From the human T2T-CHM13v2.0 reference genome, Homo sapiens, in assembly GCF_009914755.1 (NCBI RefSeq), contig NC_060947.1: a stretch of DNA of 64,000 nucleotides. The stretch is one strand, 5' to 3'. This document shows, piece after piece, positions 1-16,995 of the stretch (its first letter is position 1; each line of letters starts with the position of its first letter). A program made the position numbers and the translations under genes. The notes beneath the pieces were generated by a model. The model made no database searches and had not been told where the DNA came from. It saw nothing but the letters and a program-made list of their open reading frames with translations.

Positions 1-975
1 AATCAGAGCGCCTCTTCTCCTCCAAAGGAACGCAGCTCCTCGCCAGCAACGGAAGAAAGCTGGATGGAGAAATGTCTTTGACTAGTTGAGAAAAGAAGGC
101 TTCAGACGATTGGTAATAACAAACTTCTCCAAGCTAAAGGAGGATGTTCGAACCCATCACAAGGAAGCTAAAAACCATGAAAAAAGATTAGACGAATGGC
201 TAACTAGAATAAACAGTGTAGAGAAGTCCTTAAATGACCTGATGGAGCTGAAAACCATGGCATGAGAACTACGTGACGCATGCAGAAGCTTCAGTAGCCG
301 ATTCGATCAACTGGAAGAAAGGGTATCAGTGATTGAAGATCAAATGAATGAAATGAAGTGAGAAGAGAAGTTTAGAGTAAAAAGAAATGAACAAAGCCTC
401 CAAGAAATATGGGACTATGTGAAAAGACCAAATCTACGTCTGATTGGTGTACCTGAAAATGACGGGGAAAATTGAACCAAGTTGGAAAACACTCTTCAGG
501 ATATTAACGAGGAGAACTTCCCCAACCTACCAAGGCAGGCCAACATTCACATTCAGGAAATACAGAGAATGCCACAAAGATACTCCTTGAGAAGAGAAAC
601 TCCAAGACAAATAATTGTCAGATTCACCAAAGTTGAAATGAAGGAAAAAATATTAAGGGCAGCCAGAGAGAAAGGTCCAGTTACCCACAAGGGGAAGCCC
701 ATCAGATTAACAGCAGATCTTTTGGCAGAGACTCTACAAGCCAAAAGAGAGTGGGGGCCAATATTCAATATTCTTAAAAGAATTTTCAACCCAGAATTTC
801 GTATCTAGCCGAACTAAGCTTCATAAGTGAAGGAGAAATAAAATCCTTTACATACTAGCAAATGCTGAGGGATTTTGTCACCACCAGGCCTGCCTTACAA
901 GAGCTCCTGAAGGAAGCACTAAACATGGAAAGGAATAACCAGTACCAGCCACTGCAAAAACATGCCAAATTGTAA
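1..975 (+). pseudogene. L1 ORF1p remnant (in-frame stops, frameshift)
   Basis: Track ORF 482-808 (ENFPNL..TPRQIIVRF..KGKPIRLTADL) is ORF1p. Premature TGAs near 263 and 359 and a frameshift near 780. Confidence 0.9.
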
Positions 976-1038
976 AGACCATTGATACTAGGAAGAAACT
1001 GCATCAACTGACGAGCAAACTAACCAGCTAACATCACA

Positions 1039-4868
<3,830 letters not shown>

Positions 4869-5084
4869 ACAATGAGAACACTTGGACACAGGGTGGGGAA
4901 CATCACACACCAGGGCCTGTCATGGGGTGGGAGGCGGGGGGAGGGATAGCATTAGGAGATATACCTAATGTAAATGATGAGTTAATGAGTGCAGCACACC
5001 AACATGGCACATGTATACATATGTAACAAATCTGCACGTTGTGCACATGCACCCTAGAACTTAAAGTATAATAAAAAAAGTGGC

Positions 5085-5560
5085 ATTGCAGTTTGAAAAA
5101 TAATCAAATAGGATTTCTAGAACTAAAACATATAACCATAAAATAGAGAGTTTAATGGATGCATTTAATAGATGGCTAAACACAACTGTTAGATGATGAT
5201 AAGTGCAATGGAGAAATATTAACTTAAGAGAGAATTACTGAAATGGAAGATAGGTTAGAATAAATCATCCAGAATTCTGCCTAGAGAAACAAATTATGTG
5301 AAAAAAGAAAAGATAGGGTAAGAAACGTAATGAATAGAATGAGAAGATCTTACATACATATAAGTCCCAGAAAGTAAAGACTCTTTTCTGAGGAAATGAG
5401 GAAGATGATAGTCAAACATTTTCCAGAACAGATGAAAAGCATTAACTAATCTACAGATTCTGCAAACCCAGTGAATCCTAGACAGGATAAATAAAAAGAA
5501 ATCTGTACCTACATACATCATAGTGAAAATGCAGAATATCAGAGAGGAAGAAGGCTATTA
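5085..5560 (+). mobile_element. Old L1M/L1ME ORF1-region fragment
   Basis: A-rich, with GTGAATCCTAGACAGGATAAATAAAAAGAAATC..CATCATAGTGAAAATGCAG, typical of ancient L1 ORF1. Confidence 0.55.
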
Positions 5561-5954
5561 TAATGATCAAAATTAGAGGTAATGGAGTCTTAACCCTGGG
5601 CAGGAACAAAATAAATTGAGACAAGGGGATGGGCCTTTAGACTCTAGCCTTTAGAATGCCTTTTGCTCAAACTTTCCATGAAAGACTATTTTATAAAGAT
5701 GTTACCCATTTCATTCCTAATAAATAAAAATACATTTGTTAACAAATGAATTTATTGGAGCAACCTGATACCTGGAAGCCATTTCCAATTGTCTTTGTCA
5801 TACATGGAAGGCTATGGTTTTATATGTCCCTTATCCCATGGGACCTGAAAGAAATATTTTCCACAGGAATAAAATGCTAGTGGCAGCTGAACTTTAAGGC
5901 TAGAGAAATGTGCTTTCACGTGACTTTCTAACAGAAAGGAGAATAAAAGTGAAT

Positions 5955-6334
<380 letters not shown>

Positions 6335-8039
6335 TAAAATGAACAATTTCATAGTTTCCAGGGAGTCTTATTACAACCTTCAAGGTGGACCATATGTACT
6401 CACTTATTGGGCTATCTAAGCTTGGCTGGCATAGAATTCCTGCAGGGGGGTTCATGTTTGTAATAGATCTAAAAATGCAATGGCCTGTCTTTGGAAGGAG
6501 TCAGATTTTTACTTGTTAATAGAGCTGTTCATACAGAGATTGAATGGTCACTTGTTAGGGATATGATAAAGAAAACTGTGCTCCATATGGGATGTTATTT
6601 CAGAGATTCTGTGGTCCCCTGAATGTCTAAAAATTTCTGACAATTTAAGCCAAAAGCAGCTGTCTGTGAATCCTTCTAAGAAGAATTTAAACTGTTTTTG
6701 CTCAAAATATGTCCAGCATTTATTCTATTTGAGAGACAAATATCTTATATAGCCATAAAGACCCCCATCACCATCACAGAAAACTGTTTCTTCAAGAAAA
6801 GATATTGGGAGGGCAGGAAAGCCTTCTCTGTTGCCTAGTGCCAACCCAACCAGAAAGAAGTTCAACAGTGAAGGCATTAACCTGCTTTCATCTGTGGTAT
6901 GCAATATGTCACCAACAATTTTGATCAAGTGTCACAAAGGGAGGGATAGCTGGGTTTTAATTCTGATTTTGCAGCGTTTCTCTTTACTTTTGCCAGGCAT
7001 TCACAATTTGTGTAGGCCACAGCTCTCTCCCAAAGCCTGTGAAAGCCTACATTTTAGTATCTGTAGCATCTTTTAGAATTATGTTCCTCCGTTACTACGG
7101 AAGAGCAGGATCAGGGAAAATGTTCCATTACTCTAAGATTTATCCCAGGGACTTGCTGTAGCATAATATACTAAAAAGGGCATTTGACTACAAATATGAA
7201 GATCAGAGATAGCTTCTGAATCTGTTTTCTTATCTGAAATATGGAGGTGATAATAATGCCTGTTTGTTAACAGAGCAGCCCTAACAGTAGGGAATCCCTA
7301 TCTGTCAAAGCTTCTGAGCTCTGTGATTTCACTTCCCTCATCCTGGTCAGGTTTCTCATAATCTCCATCTGGAAGAGTTGCTGTCACTATCACTTATAGC
7401 CACCAGGGGTCCTCAGCAATCCTGATCTAATCGTGAAATGAGCCTTTTTATTTATCTAATTGTTTTCCTGAATCTGGGTAAGCCAGGCTGATATTTTCAA
7501 AAGGAACCTTCTTCAGAAGCTCAGGGATAAGCACAAGGAACAGAGACCATTGTGAGCAAGGAGATTTTAGTGCACAAATAGATGGCTTTGTGCTTCTACA
7601 TTTGGGTCTTAGCTGCCACCAGCTACTCTGCCCTTCAGTGGGGCTGTTGATGGCTGCCCTCTGGGCACCCCTGCCCCTGCTCCTGCACCCAGAGGATGAG
7701 AAACAAGAGTCCTATACAAAAGGTGAATAGTAGCCCCTGCAGTTTTGTAGGGTGCAGTCTGTGTGGCCATATGTGTTGCCTTTGGTGAGAAGATCTCCTT
7801 TCTAACGTGACTCTCTTCTGAGTGTCAGAGACCTGCATTAGTCTTGCACCGGCCCTCAATTGTTATAGGATCCATGTCAGGCCCCTCAGTTCCTAATTAT
7901 TATACCCTTGCATTCTTAGCCAAGTTCTCTCTGCTCATGTTAAATTTTGACCAAAGGCTTTCCTCTTATATAGACTTATTGTATCAATATAGTGTACATT
8001 TGTGGTAATAGAAATAATTCATAACAAGGCACTTAATCC

Positions 8040-8495
8040 TGTCAGTAACTCTAGTCTCTACTTCTCAACACTGCTCCAAAACATCCCTTTACTCCATTAT
8101 CTCTCACTGTGAGTAGTGCTCATAATGTATTCCAGATGCACCTCATATTCCACAGTCCCCTTTCAATTAATTGGGATCATGTGACTAGTTATAGACAATG
8201 AAATGCAAACATAAGTGACCTATACCATTTCCAGGATGAGATATTTGAGACCCAGTGCATGATCATAAGATCTCTCTTTTTTGCTCTTGTAACTCTTTGC
8301 CAGATGTTGAGATGATAACATCAAAGATGGAGGGAACCTAGATCCCTGAGCCGTCAGATGAAAAAGAGAGCTGCAGACAGGCATTTGAACTCATGTGAGC
8401 TGGAAATCAAGCTTTGTATATGTATGTTAAGCTGTTTAGATATGAAGATTTATTTATTATTTTATCAAAGCCTACCCTGTCTTAACAAAGACACT
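8040..8495 (+). mobile_element. Old MaLR LTR (MLT1I/J-like)
   Basis: GGGATCATGTGACTAGTTATAGACAATGAAATGCAAACATAAGTGACC..CATTTCCAGG and a 3' end TTATT..AAGCCTACCCTG..ACA resemble the MLT1 consensus. Confidence 0.5.
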
Positions 8496-8602
8496 CTCTC
8501 TCTTGCACTCCTGTCAACACCTGTACCATTATTAGAAAAGTCTATGAACGACTCTTCCTTCATGTTTTATAGGTAGCTTGAATCCAAAATAACCCAGTCT
8601 TG

Positions 8603-8740
8603 GGCCAGGTGCAGTGGCTTGTGTCTGTAATCCCAGCACTTTGAGAGGCTGAGGCAGAAGGATTGTTTGAGGCCAGGAGTTCAAGACCATCCTGCATAAC
8701 ATATTGAGACCCCATCTCTACTAAAAAATTTAAAAATTAG
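8603..8740 (+). mobile_element. Alu left monomer / FLAM
   Basis: GGCCAGGTGCAGTGGC..TGTAATCCCAGCACTTTG..GAGTTCAAGACC..CTCTACTAAAAA; no right arm. Confidence 0.88.
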
Positions 8741-8902
8741 ACATATAAAAATATGTGCCAGTCTTACCCTAGTCCCCAAATATCTCTTCTTTTAGGCTGT
8801 TCTCAATCTTAGTGAATGGATATTCAGTTGTGACCTGATTGGTGACCTAGAAGTCATCTATGTCATTTCCTTTTATCTCTCCACTCTCCTATCCAGGAAG
8901 TC

Positions 8903-9855
8903 ATCATTCATTCATTCATTCATCAAATGGATATTGAATGTCTATTACGTACAAGATACTTTTAGGAAAACTGGGACATAATAATGGAAAAAAACAAGAA
9001 ACAGTCAAAAATCTTTGTCATCATGGAACTTACATTCTAGGAAGGGAAGGTAGACAACACACAAGCAAAATAAGTAAAATACCTAGTCTATTAGTTAATG
9101 ATAAATGCAACAGAGAAAAATAAAGTATAGAAGGAGGATAGAGAGCACTGCATGGGGGGCTGATTGGAGGGTGAAGATGCTATTTGAATAAAGTGATCAG
9201 AGAAGACCTCAATATGAAGATAGCATTTGAGCAGAGACTTGAAGGAGATGAGGATGCCAGTCATGTAGACATCTGGGGGAAAAGCATTCTAGGAGAGGAG
9301 ACAACAAAGGGAAAGCCCTGAAGGTGGAAGTGTGTTTGCTGTGTTCAAAAAAGAGCAAGAAGGCCCGTGAGGCTAGAACAGAATGAGTGAGGCAGGAGGA
9401 ATAGGAGATGATATCAGAATGGAACTGGAATGGTGACTTTCACATGAAGTGAGATGTAAGCCAACGGCAGGTTTTAGACAGAGGAGTGACATGGTCACAC
9501 TTATGCTTTAGAGCGTTCACTCTGACCACTGCAAGGGGCAAGGACAGAAGTAGGAAGACCAGTTAGGAAGCTACTGCAATAACTCAAATGACAGATGATG
9601 GGCTCAGACCAGAGTTGTAGCAGTGGAAGTGGTAAACAAAGTGGTCAGATTTTGGTAATATTTTTAAGATAAAGCCAAAGGACTCCCTGACAGATTAGAT
9701 GTAGGATGTAAAAAAAAGAGAGGAGGCAAAACAAAAGAAAAGACTCCAGGACTTTAGGTTTGATTAGGTGTGATAATGGACTTGCCATTTACTGAGTTGG
9801 GGAAGACTCTGGAATAAAGAAGTTAAGGTGGGCGTAAAGCCAAGGACTTGGTGTT
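8903..9855 (-). mobile_element. L2 (L2a-like) 3' portion; resumes at ~11510-11830 after the L1 insertions
   Basis: (TCAT)n CAAAT..ATTGAATGTCTATTA is the antisense L2 3' terminus; AGACCAGTTAGGAAGCTACTGCAATAA is an L2 core motif. Confidence 0.8.
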
Positions 9856-9857
9856 TT

Positions 9858-10178
9858 GTTTTTTATTGTGGTAAAATACACGTAGCATAAAACTTACCAT
9901 TTTACCCATTTATAAGTATATAGTTAAGTGGCATTACATATAGTCACATTGTTTAATGCACTTATTCTCCTCTCTCCCAGCCCCTGGTAACCCCCATTCT
10001 ACTTAATGTCTCTAAGAATTTGACTATTTTAGGTACATCATACAAGTGAAATCATACAATATTTGTTTTTTGTGTCTGGCTTATTTCACTTAGCATAATG
10101 TCTTCAAGGTTCATCCATGTTGTAGCATGTGTCAGAATTTCACTCCTTTTTAAAGGCTGGATAATATTCACACACACA

Positions 10179-10216
<38 letters not shown>

Positions 10217-11505
10217 TGTGTGTGTATATATATATATACACACACACACATATATACACATATATATGTGCTACTATAAACATTGATATACAAATATCTG
10301 TTTGAGTCCCTGCTTTCAATTATTTTGAGTACATACCCTGAAGTGGAATTGTTGGATTACATGTTTATTCTATGTTTAGTTTTTTTGAGAAAAAGACATA
10401 CAGTTTTCCACAGTAGCTGCACCATTTTACATTCACACCATGAATGTACAAAGGTTCTAATTTCTCCCTATGCTCACCAGCACTTGTTATTTTCTCTTTG
10501 TTTTTTTTTTTCTGTTCTGTTTTGTTGATAATAGCCATCCCGATGGGTGTAGAATGATATTTCATTGTGGTTTTGACTTTAATGTCCCTAATTATTAGTG
10601 ATACTGAGTATCTTTTCATGTGCTTATTGATCATTTCTGTATCTCCTTGGGAGAAATGTCTATCAAAATCCTTTGCCCAGTTTTTAATTGTTATTGTTGT
10701 TGTTGTTGTTGTTTTGTGTTGTAGGAGTACTTATGTAATCTGGAATTTTTTTCTTCAACTTTTATTTTAGATATAAGGGGTACACGTGCAGGGTTGCTAC
10801 ATGAGTATGTTGCACTTGGGTAGGGAGCATAGTACCCAATAGGTAGTTTTTTGACCCATGCCCCACTCCCTTCCTTTCCCCTTTAGTAGTTCCCAGTGTC
10901 TATTTTTCCCATATTTATGTCCTCTTGGGCTTAAGGTTTAGCTCCCACTTATAAGTGAAAACATGAAATATTTGGTTTTCTGTTCCTGCATTAATTTGCT
11001 TAGAATTATGTCCTCCAGTTCCATCCATGTTGCTGCAAAGGACATAATTTCACTCTTTTTTATGGCTGCATAGTATTCCATAGTGTACGTGTCCCACATT
11101 TCCTGATGAGGACCTAGGTTTATTCCATATCTTAGTTATTGTGAATAGCATGGTGATGAACATATGAGTGCATGTGTCTTTGATGTAATGATCTGTTTTC
11201 CTTTGGGTATATACTCAGCTATGGGTACAATCCAGATATTAACCCCTTATCAGACATATGATTTGCAAATATTTTCTTCCATTCTTTGTTTTTTGCCTTT
11301 TCACTTTTCATAGTGCCCTTTGATGCATAAAAGTTTTAAATTTTGATGAACTCTAATTTATCTATTTTTTTCATTTATTGGCAGTGTTTTTGGTGCCATA
11401 TCTAAGAAATCATTGTTAATTCAAATGTCATAAAATTTTTCCCTTACTTTTTTCTATAAGTCTTATTGCATTTAGGTATTTGATCCATTTTTAATATGGT
11501 GTAAT
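9858..11505 (-). mobile_element. L1MB-type 3' end, with an internal microsatellite and a nested L1PB-like 3' fragment at ~10745-11225
   Basis: TTTTATTGTGGTAAAATACACGTAGCATAAAACTTACC is an L1MB 3' end. ORF 10365-10634 (KHMKRYSVSLIIRDIKVKTTMKYH) is the ORF2 C-terminus. A second poly-T/L1 3' end starts at 10745. Confidence 0.82.
10169..10270. repeat. Compound (CA)n(TA)16(GT)n(TA)7(CA)n microsatellite
   Basis: Read directly from the sequence. Confidence 0.95.
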
Positions 11506-12051
11506 GTAAGAATTTAGTTTTGGACATTTTACATTAGTTTTGATTATTAGACATTTAAGTGTTGATGTTAGACAGGAATTTGAATATATGATATCTTTCT
11601 TTTCTGATCAGAACATTCCTAGTCTCCCTATGAGAGCCTAGCTGTTATGAATCATCTCTGAAACTAAGAGAGGAGAAAAATTCCAGAAGGTGGAGCTCAT
11701 AGAAGATAAAGACTTGGAAGTGGCGATCAGATTTGTTGATTAGAAAGCTCATTGTTGAGCACTGAAAGAGTAGAAAGCTGAGTGTCCCATATTGAGGAGT
11801 GAAAAGAGGGTAGAGACAGGCACTCTCTCTAAAGGATTTACTATGTGGCCTTCTTTGCCTTTTATTTTGATAGTCTTGTCTATCAAATTCTCAAGCATCT
11901 GTCAAGTGTTTTGGTGATAAAAATGATCGAGAAGATTTGTGTCTCCAACTGTACCTCAAGGAGACCACCCTCTTCCCAGGAAAGGATATTATAACTCTGG
12001 CAGTGAGTGGGTTTTACAGACAGATTTTGACTTAGACTAAGTTTTAATCAA

Positions 12052-12225
12052 GGGAGCATCAGAGTCAGATAGGTTTAGGAGTTCTGCCTTCCACCAGTTG
12101 TGTGACCTTGGACAAGTCACATTCCCTGATCCTTAGTTTCCTCATCTGTTAAATTCAATGTTGTGAATATTAAGTGAGATAAACTTAGTAAAGCAACCAG
12201 AGTAGTTCCTGGCATAGTAATTGTT
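12052..12225 (+). mobile_element. MIR
   Basis: MIR core TGTGTGACCTTGGACAAGTCAC..AGTTTCCTCATCTGT. Confidence 0.8.
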
Positions 12226-14564
12226 AAGAAAGGGTTGATGATAAAAGAGAAATAATACTCAGGACAAGCCAAAGATGGAATGAGGTCCCCATCAATGGAA
12301 ATGCTCAAGAACAGACTACATGACTACTTGGTGGGAACTTTATAGAGAGGATTCTAATGGCTTTACCAGCTGAACGTTGAAGTTCCTTCTAATCTTCAAT
12401 TTTATAGTGCTGAGAATCCCAAGCAATAGCAATGCAGACATAAAAGTTGTCTCTGCTAATAATGGAGACCTCATGCTCAAATAAGGTCTTTTGGGAGCAA
12501 CTGGTCTAAGGGTGAGTGTACATGCTCTTCAGGGGACTATGTGTGTGGGGTGGGGAGGAAGGAACATGTGTAGTATCTCAGGTTCAAGAGCACACTGCCA
12601 GCTGTGCTGTCTGCTTCTGCCACACGTGGCACCCTGCCTCAGCACTACATGTTCTTCCCATAATCAAATAAACACCCAAAGAGACTGTATGTTCACTTTA
12701 CTCCTTGACTCAGCCAACTGGGGCTTCCCATACTAATTTCTCATTTACTCTTTCATGGTTTTATCATAATTGACTCCCACTTGGGGAGAAGACTTTAGAA
12801 GTTGATGCAGTGAGAAAGAGTGTTTATTAATTATCTAAGCTTTCATGCGTGGCTTACAAAATCTTTTTCAGTTTGTCCTCCAGGTCTTCCTTCATGATGC
12901 TACTTCCCACTATGCCTTTATTACACCACTGCTCCTGATCCTAGTTCAAGCCTTCATCCCTGACCTAGACTTTTCCAATAGTCTTCTAATTGCTTTTGTT
13001 TTCTCCTCTGATGTTCACTCCCTCTTTAATCCTGTCTTTGTCCAAGCCATTTACTAACTGACTCCTACCTACCCTTCTAGCTCTCTCCTCAATGCCCTTC
13101 CTGTCATACACACTCAGCTTCAACATAATGGAGCCACTGGCCTTTCTCTGAGCAACCCCTTCTTACAGTTATTCACTTTTCATTCTTCTGACAAAATTGC
13201 ATCTTTCTTTTAAAGCCAAGACCATATACCTCTCTCCCCAAACCCACCTGTGAGGGCTGTAACTGAACGTGCACTGTGTGGTTCTCTTTGTGCCTGCATC
13301 ACATACTACCTTTCATTAGAGTTCTGTGTATTTATGTCTCATTTCCTCTAAAAGCTTGGAAGCTTAATTTCTCTCATCAGTAGCTGCATTCTCTCCATAT
13401 TCTTTCTCGTTTGAAAGACAAACTATTTTTGCTCACAGTAATTTATCCCTTGAATCCTTACCCTCATTTCACAAATAAACAAAGAAATCCAAATCAGGTT
13501 GTATGTCAGTTATAATGAAAAGTAACTTAATGCCTGACATCCTGAAAGCACAAGTTACAGAAGGCATCTTAGGTACTAACTGACAATGCAGAAGTTTGAA
13601 TGAAAAAAAAATCAGACTACAATTGATCAATTCCACTGAATGTTGCCTAGGTGTTCCTAATTAACAAGGAGCAGCATGTGCTCCCCTGGTGTCCCTTTTC
13701 CTTTTTCAGAAATGTCGAACCCAGTGGGGAGGGTCGCTTAAACTATTTATTTGACTCATTTATTAGCTTGTGAGTGTGAATAACTTAAGCTTTAGGCTTG
13801 TACTTAGGCATTATGGTTGTTTTTTTTTTTTAAAGAAATTAGCCATTCTCTAGTTTGCTCTTCAGCATGTGGGCATACTGCATCTATTTAACCCTTGAAT
13901 GTATAGGATGGGCTAGCATAGAAACCAGAGGTGGGTATAAAACATTTATTTAGGCACTATCAATTTCCACAAAATGAGATGACAAAAACTCATCTTAGCT
14001 CCTCTGACGGCTCCCGTGTTCCTGATGCTGTTTATGAAAACATTGCTTATTACAGTGAATTGGTTTCCTTAGACTTGTTTTCTCTTACATGGAGCCTATT
14101 GGGTTGAGATGGAGTATAAAGGGTCAATATGCCTTAATGACAAACAGTGACTATGGCTATGTTTGCTAACACTGACATGACGAAAGTGGGGAAAAGGCAT
14201 TGGACATTTGGAACTGTGTGCACACATATTCAAGAGCATAAACCTATTCCAAAAGCCATTAGGTGCAGGAAAGCTTTGCTGTTAACCTATAGATCCTATT
14301 TAGGAGTCGCTTATGGAAATGAAGTCAGAGTGACCCTTCTTGTGTTCCATTAAATGTAAACACATTAAGAGAGCTTCTTTTCACCAAAATGCAATATTGT
14401 GGCACTCTGTTTATGCATAACTTCACTTCAGATTTATTAAAATAAATAGAAATGCTTTTTTCAGCTTGAGGATCATGTCGGAAGGAAACTTAATTTGCGA
14501 AAGGTACTCTCTACAAGAGCTCACTGGTCAGAAAATGATCATCCTACTCCAGATGACGCATAAC

Positions 14565-14870
14565 AATAATTTAATCCTCACAGCAACCCTGTAAGGTAGG
14601 TACTATTATTCTTCCCATTTTTCATCCAGAAGGGGAGAGACTGTAGTAGAGGTCAGAGGTTAGACCCAGAGGTCTGAAGTCAGACTGCCTGGGTTTGAAT
14701 CTCAGTTCTGTCACTCACTAGTTGTATAATCTTAAGCAAGTACCTAACTTCTATATGCCTCAGTTTCCTCATCACTAAATTGAGATAATAATATAACTTC
14801 CTTATATGGCAAAATGAGTTAATATGCAGAAACACCTAAAACTATTGCCAAGCATATGGTCAGTCCTCAA
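14565..14870. mobile_element. Two MIR fragments (short minus-strand piece, then plus-strand copy)
   Basis: TTTAATCCTCACAGCAACCCTGTAAGGTAGGTACTATT on minus; GTCAGACTGCCTGGGTTTGAATCTCAG..CCTCAGTTTCCTCATC on plus. Confidence 0.8.
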
Positions 14871-16349
14871 AAAAATGGAAGACCTTCTTTTTCTTCTTCT
14901 GGAATTAGGTGACCTTTTGCTGGCATGTCAATAGGACAAGTGGAAAGGAAAAATGTGGAATCTTATCCATAGTTCCTGAGATGAGCTATGTGTTTCTGAC
15001 TGGGGCATGAGGGAGCACGGGCAGTTGTACAGAAGGATTGGAGAATGCAATCTAGAGAGAGTTAGTGTCTGGAATGTGTCCCAAATGTTTCTGACTGAGC
15101 CCCAATCTCCTGGAGTCCAGGAGATGAGAAAAGGCCTTTCCCTATACAACAAGTCCCTAGGAAGATTCTTGAACTCCAAGGAATATATAAACTGCTAAGC
15201 TCAATTAATCACAATGAATTTAATTTTAAACTACTACTTTACCCTCTTAATTTAGAAGTGACAATTTACAAAGTGACTAACTGCTCATCATAGTTTTTCC
15301 TTGGGAGACCTGAAGCACAGTTGATAGCTAACTTAGTAGGGGAGTCAAAAATCTGAGTCACATGGGATCACCTTGTAATCTTACCTCGTAATTTCTGATT
15401 GTACTTGATGTTTTACTGTCACTTAATTTAAATGTTTCAAATATAGTTCAAAGCTCTCAATCCATATTGAACTAACTGGTGTCTCCCCTTTATTATTCAG
15501 TCACTCTCTCGGGTAGTTTCTATAGCCCCAGCTTCAGCATTTGTACCTTCCTGTCAGCAACTTTGTTTCAGATATTCATGTGGTCACAGGCTGATTCACA
15601 ATGGAGCACAGAACAAAATACAGAATTTCTTCATGTTTTCAATTTTCTATAATGAAGGATAAGGGCACTTACAACAATCACCCCCATGGTGAATAAAGGA
15701 GAAATTTAGCTGAACATAATGTGCGTTGGTTTGAGTAAGGCTCAATCTTATACTTCTCATTTAAAATTGGATTCCAGTTTCTGACCGCCTGAAGGATTTC
15801 ACAATTGCATGCTTGAATATGTGGCTCCATCCAGCAACACTGGCAATAAGCAAGGAACCATAAGGATCCTTAGTACAGAGAAACTGGCCAGGCCTCTGAG
15901 CAGGTAGACTCAAGGCAATCCAATATTCTTTCACTCATTCTTGTAAACAATATTTATTGAAAGAGCATGATTTGCTAGGCACTTTGCCATGCACAGCCAT
16001 ATACACATTCTGCCCTCTAGGGATGTGATAATTTGGTACAAATACAATGAAATAAGTGATTCCAATACAGTATGGTCCTGTGATATACATAAGAGAGATT
16101 CCTAAACCAGACTTGACAGTTTGCAAATAAAATTGGGTGATTGGAGCAGGGTTGGAAAAAGTACTAATCAGGCTTCTATATATTTTCCTCAACCCTGCCC
16201 AAATCTATAAGCAAGTCCTATTTCAAGGCAAAATATAAATCTAACCAATTCTCAGCATCTTTGCCTTTTTCACGCTAGTCCAGACCACCATCGTCTGTCA
16301 GGTGGACTACTACAATAGCCTCTTAACTGGCCTTCCCACACATTTTTTT

Positions 16350-16995
16350 TCTCATAGCAAATATCACAGATTAGCTCACTTGATTCCATTCCAGCCCCAT
16401 TTATTGCATGGCTTACTGCACGATAGAGGTTGAAAAGCGACTACACTTCCTGAACTTTTATCTTCATGGCCTGGATTTCACAGATGACTTGGCCTCTGTC
16501 AAGTGGACACACCTGCATGAAATTTGGAAGGGGAAGTGAATGAAAGTTCATGCTTCTTCTGTGGTTTCTGGGTTTTGCTAAAGAGCATGATCTTGGAAGA
16601 CTTCTTGGAAGCTTTCTTCTGCAGCAGCAATAATAAAGGTATTTGTTCCCGGTTTTGTGGGTATCAAAAAGCATGGCATGAAACACCCAGTTTGTTTATA
16701 TAGATCGAGGATGAGGCACTGTGGTCTTGGAGCTGCAGTTTGTAATGATTTCAGCAGAAGCAGTGTGGTCCTAGAGCCTGCTATTTGGAGTAATGGCTTT
16801 TTCACTCTCCACCCTCCTGATTATACCAGTCTTCTGGTGTTGTTCAGAGAATAGTTCTGGAAATTCAACCTAGTCTTTTATTCTGGCTTTTTAAAACATC
16901 TTTGTAAGTACCTAATTCCCCCTTCCTGCTTAAATGTATTAAAGTGGTTTCTGCTATCTGTACCAGTACTCTGCATGCTACTGTTGACACTGAAG
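16350..16995 (+). mobile_element. Probable ancient ERVL-class solo LTR inserted in an L2 (L2 pieces at ~16240-16340 and ~17000-17440)
   Basis: AGAGGTTGAAAAGCGACTACACTTCC and a 3' end CCCTTCCTGCTTAAAT..GTGGTTTCTG resemble LTR16/33/67-type elements; flanks carry L2 motifs such as GGACTACTACAATAGCCTC. Confidence 0.45.
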
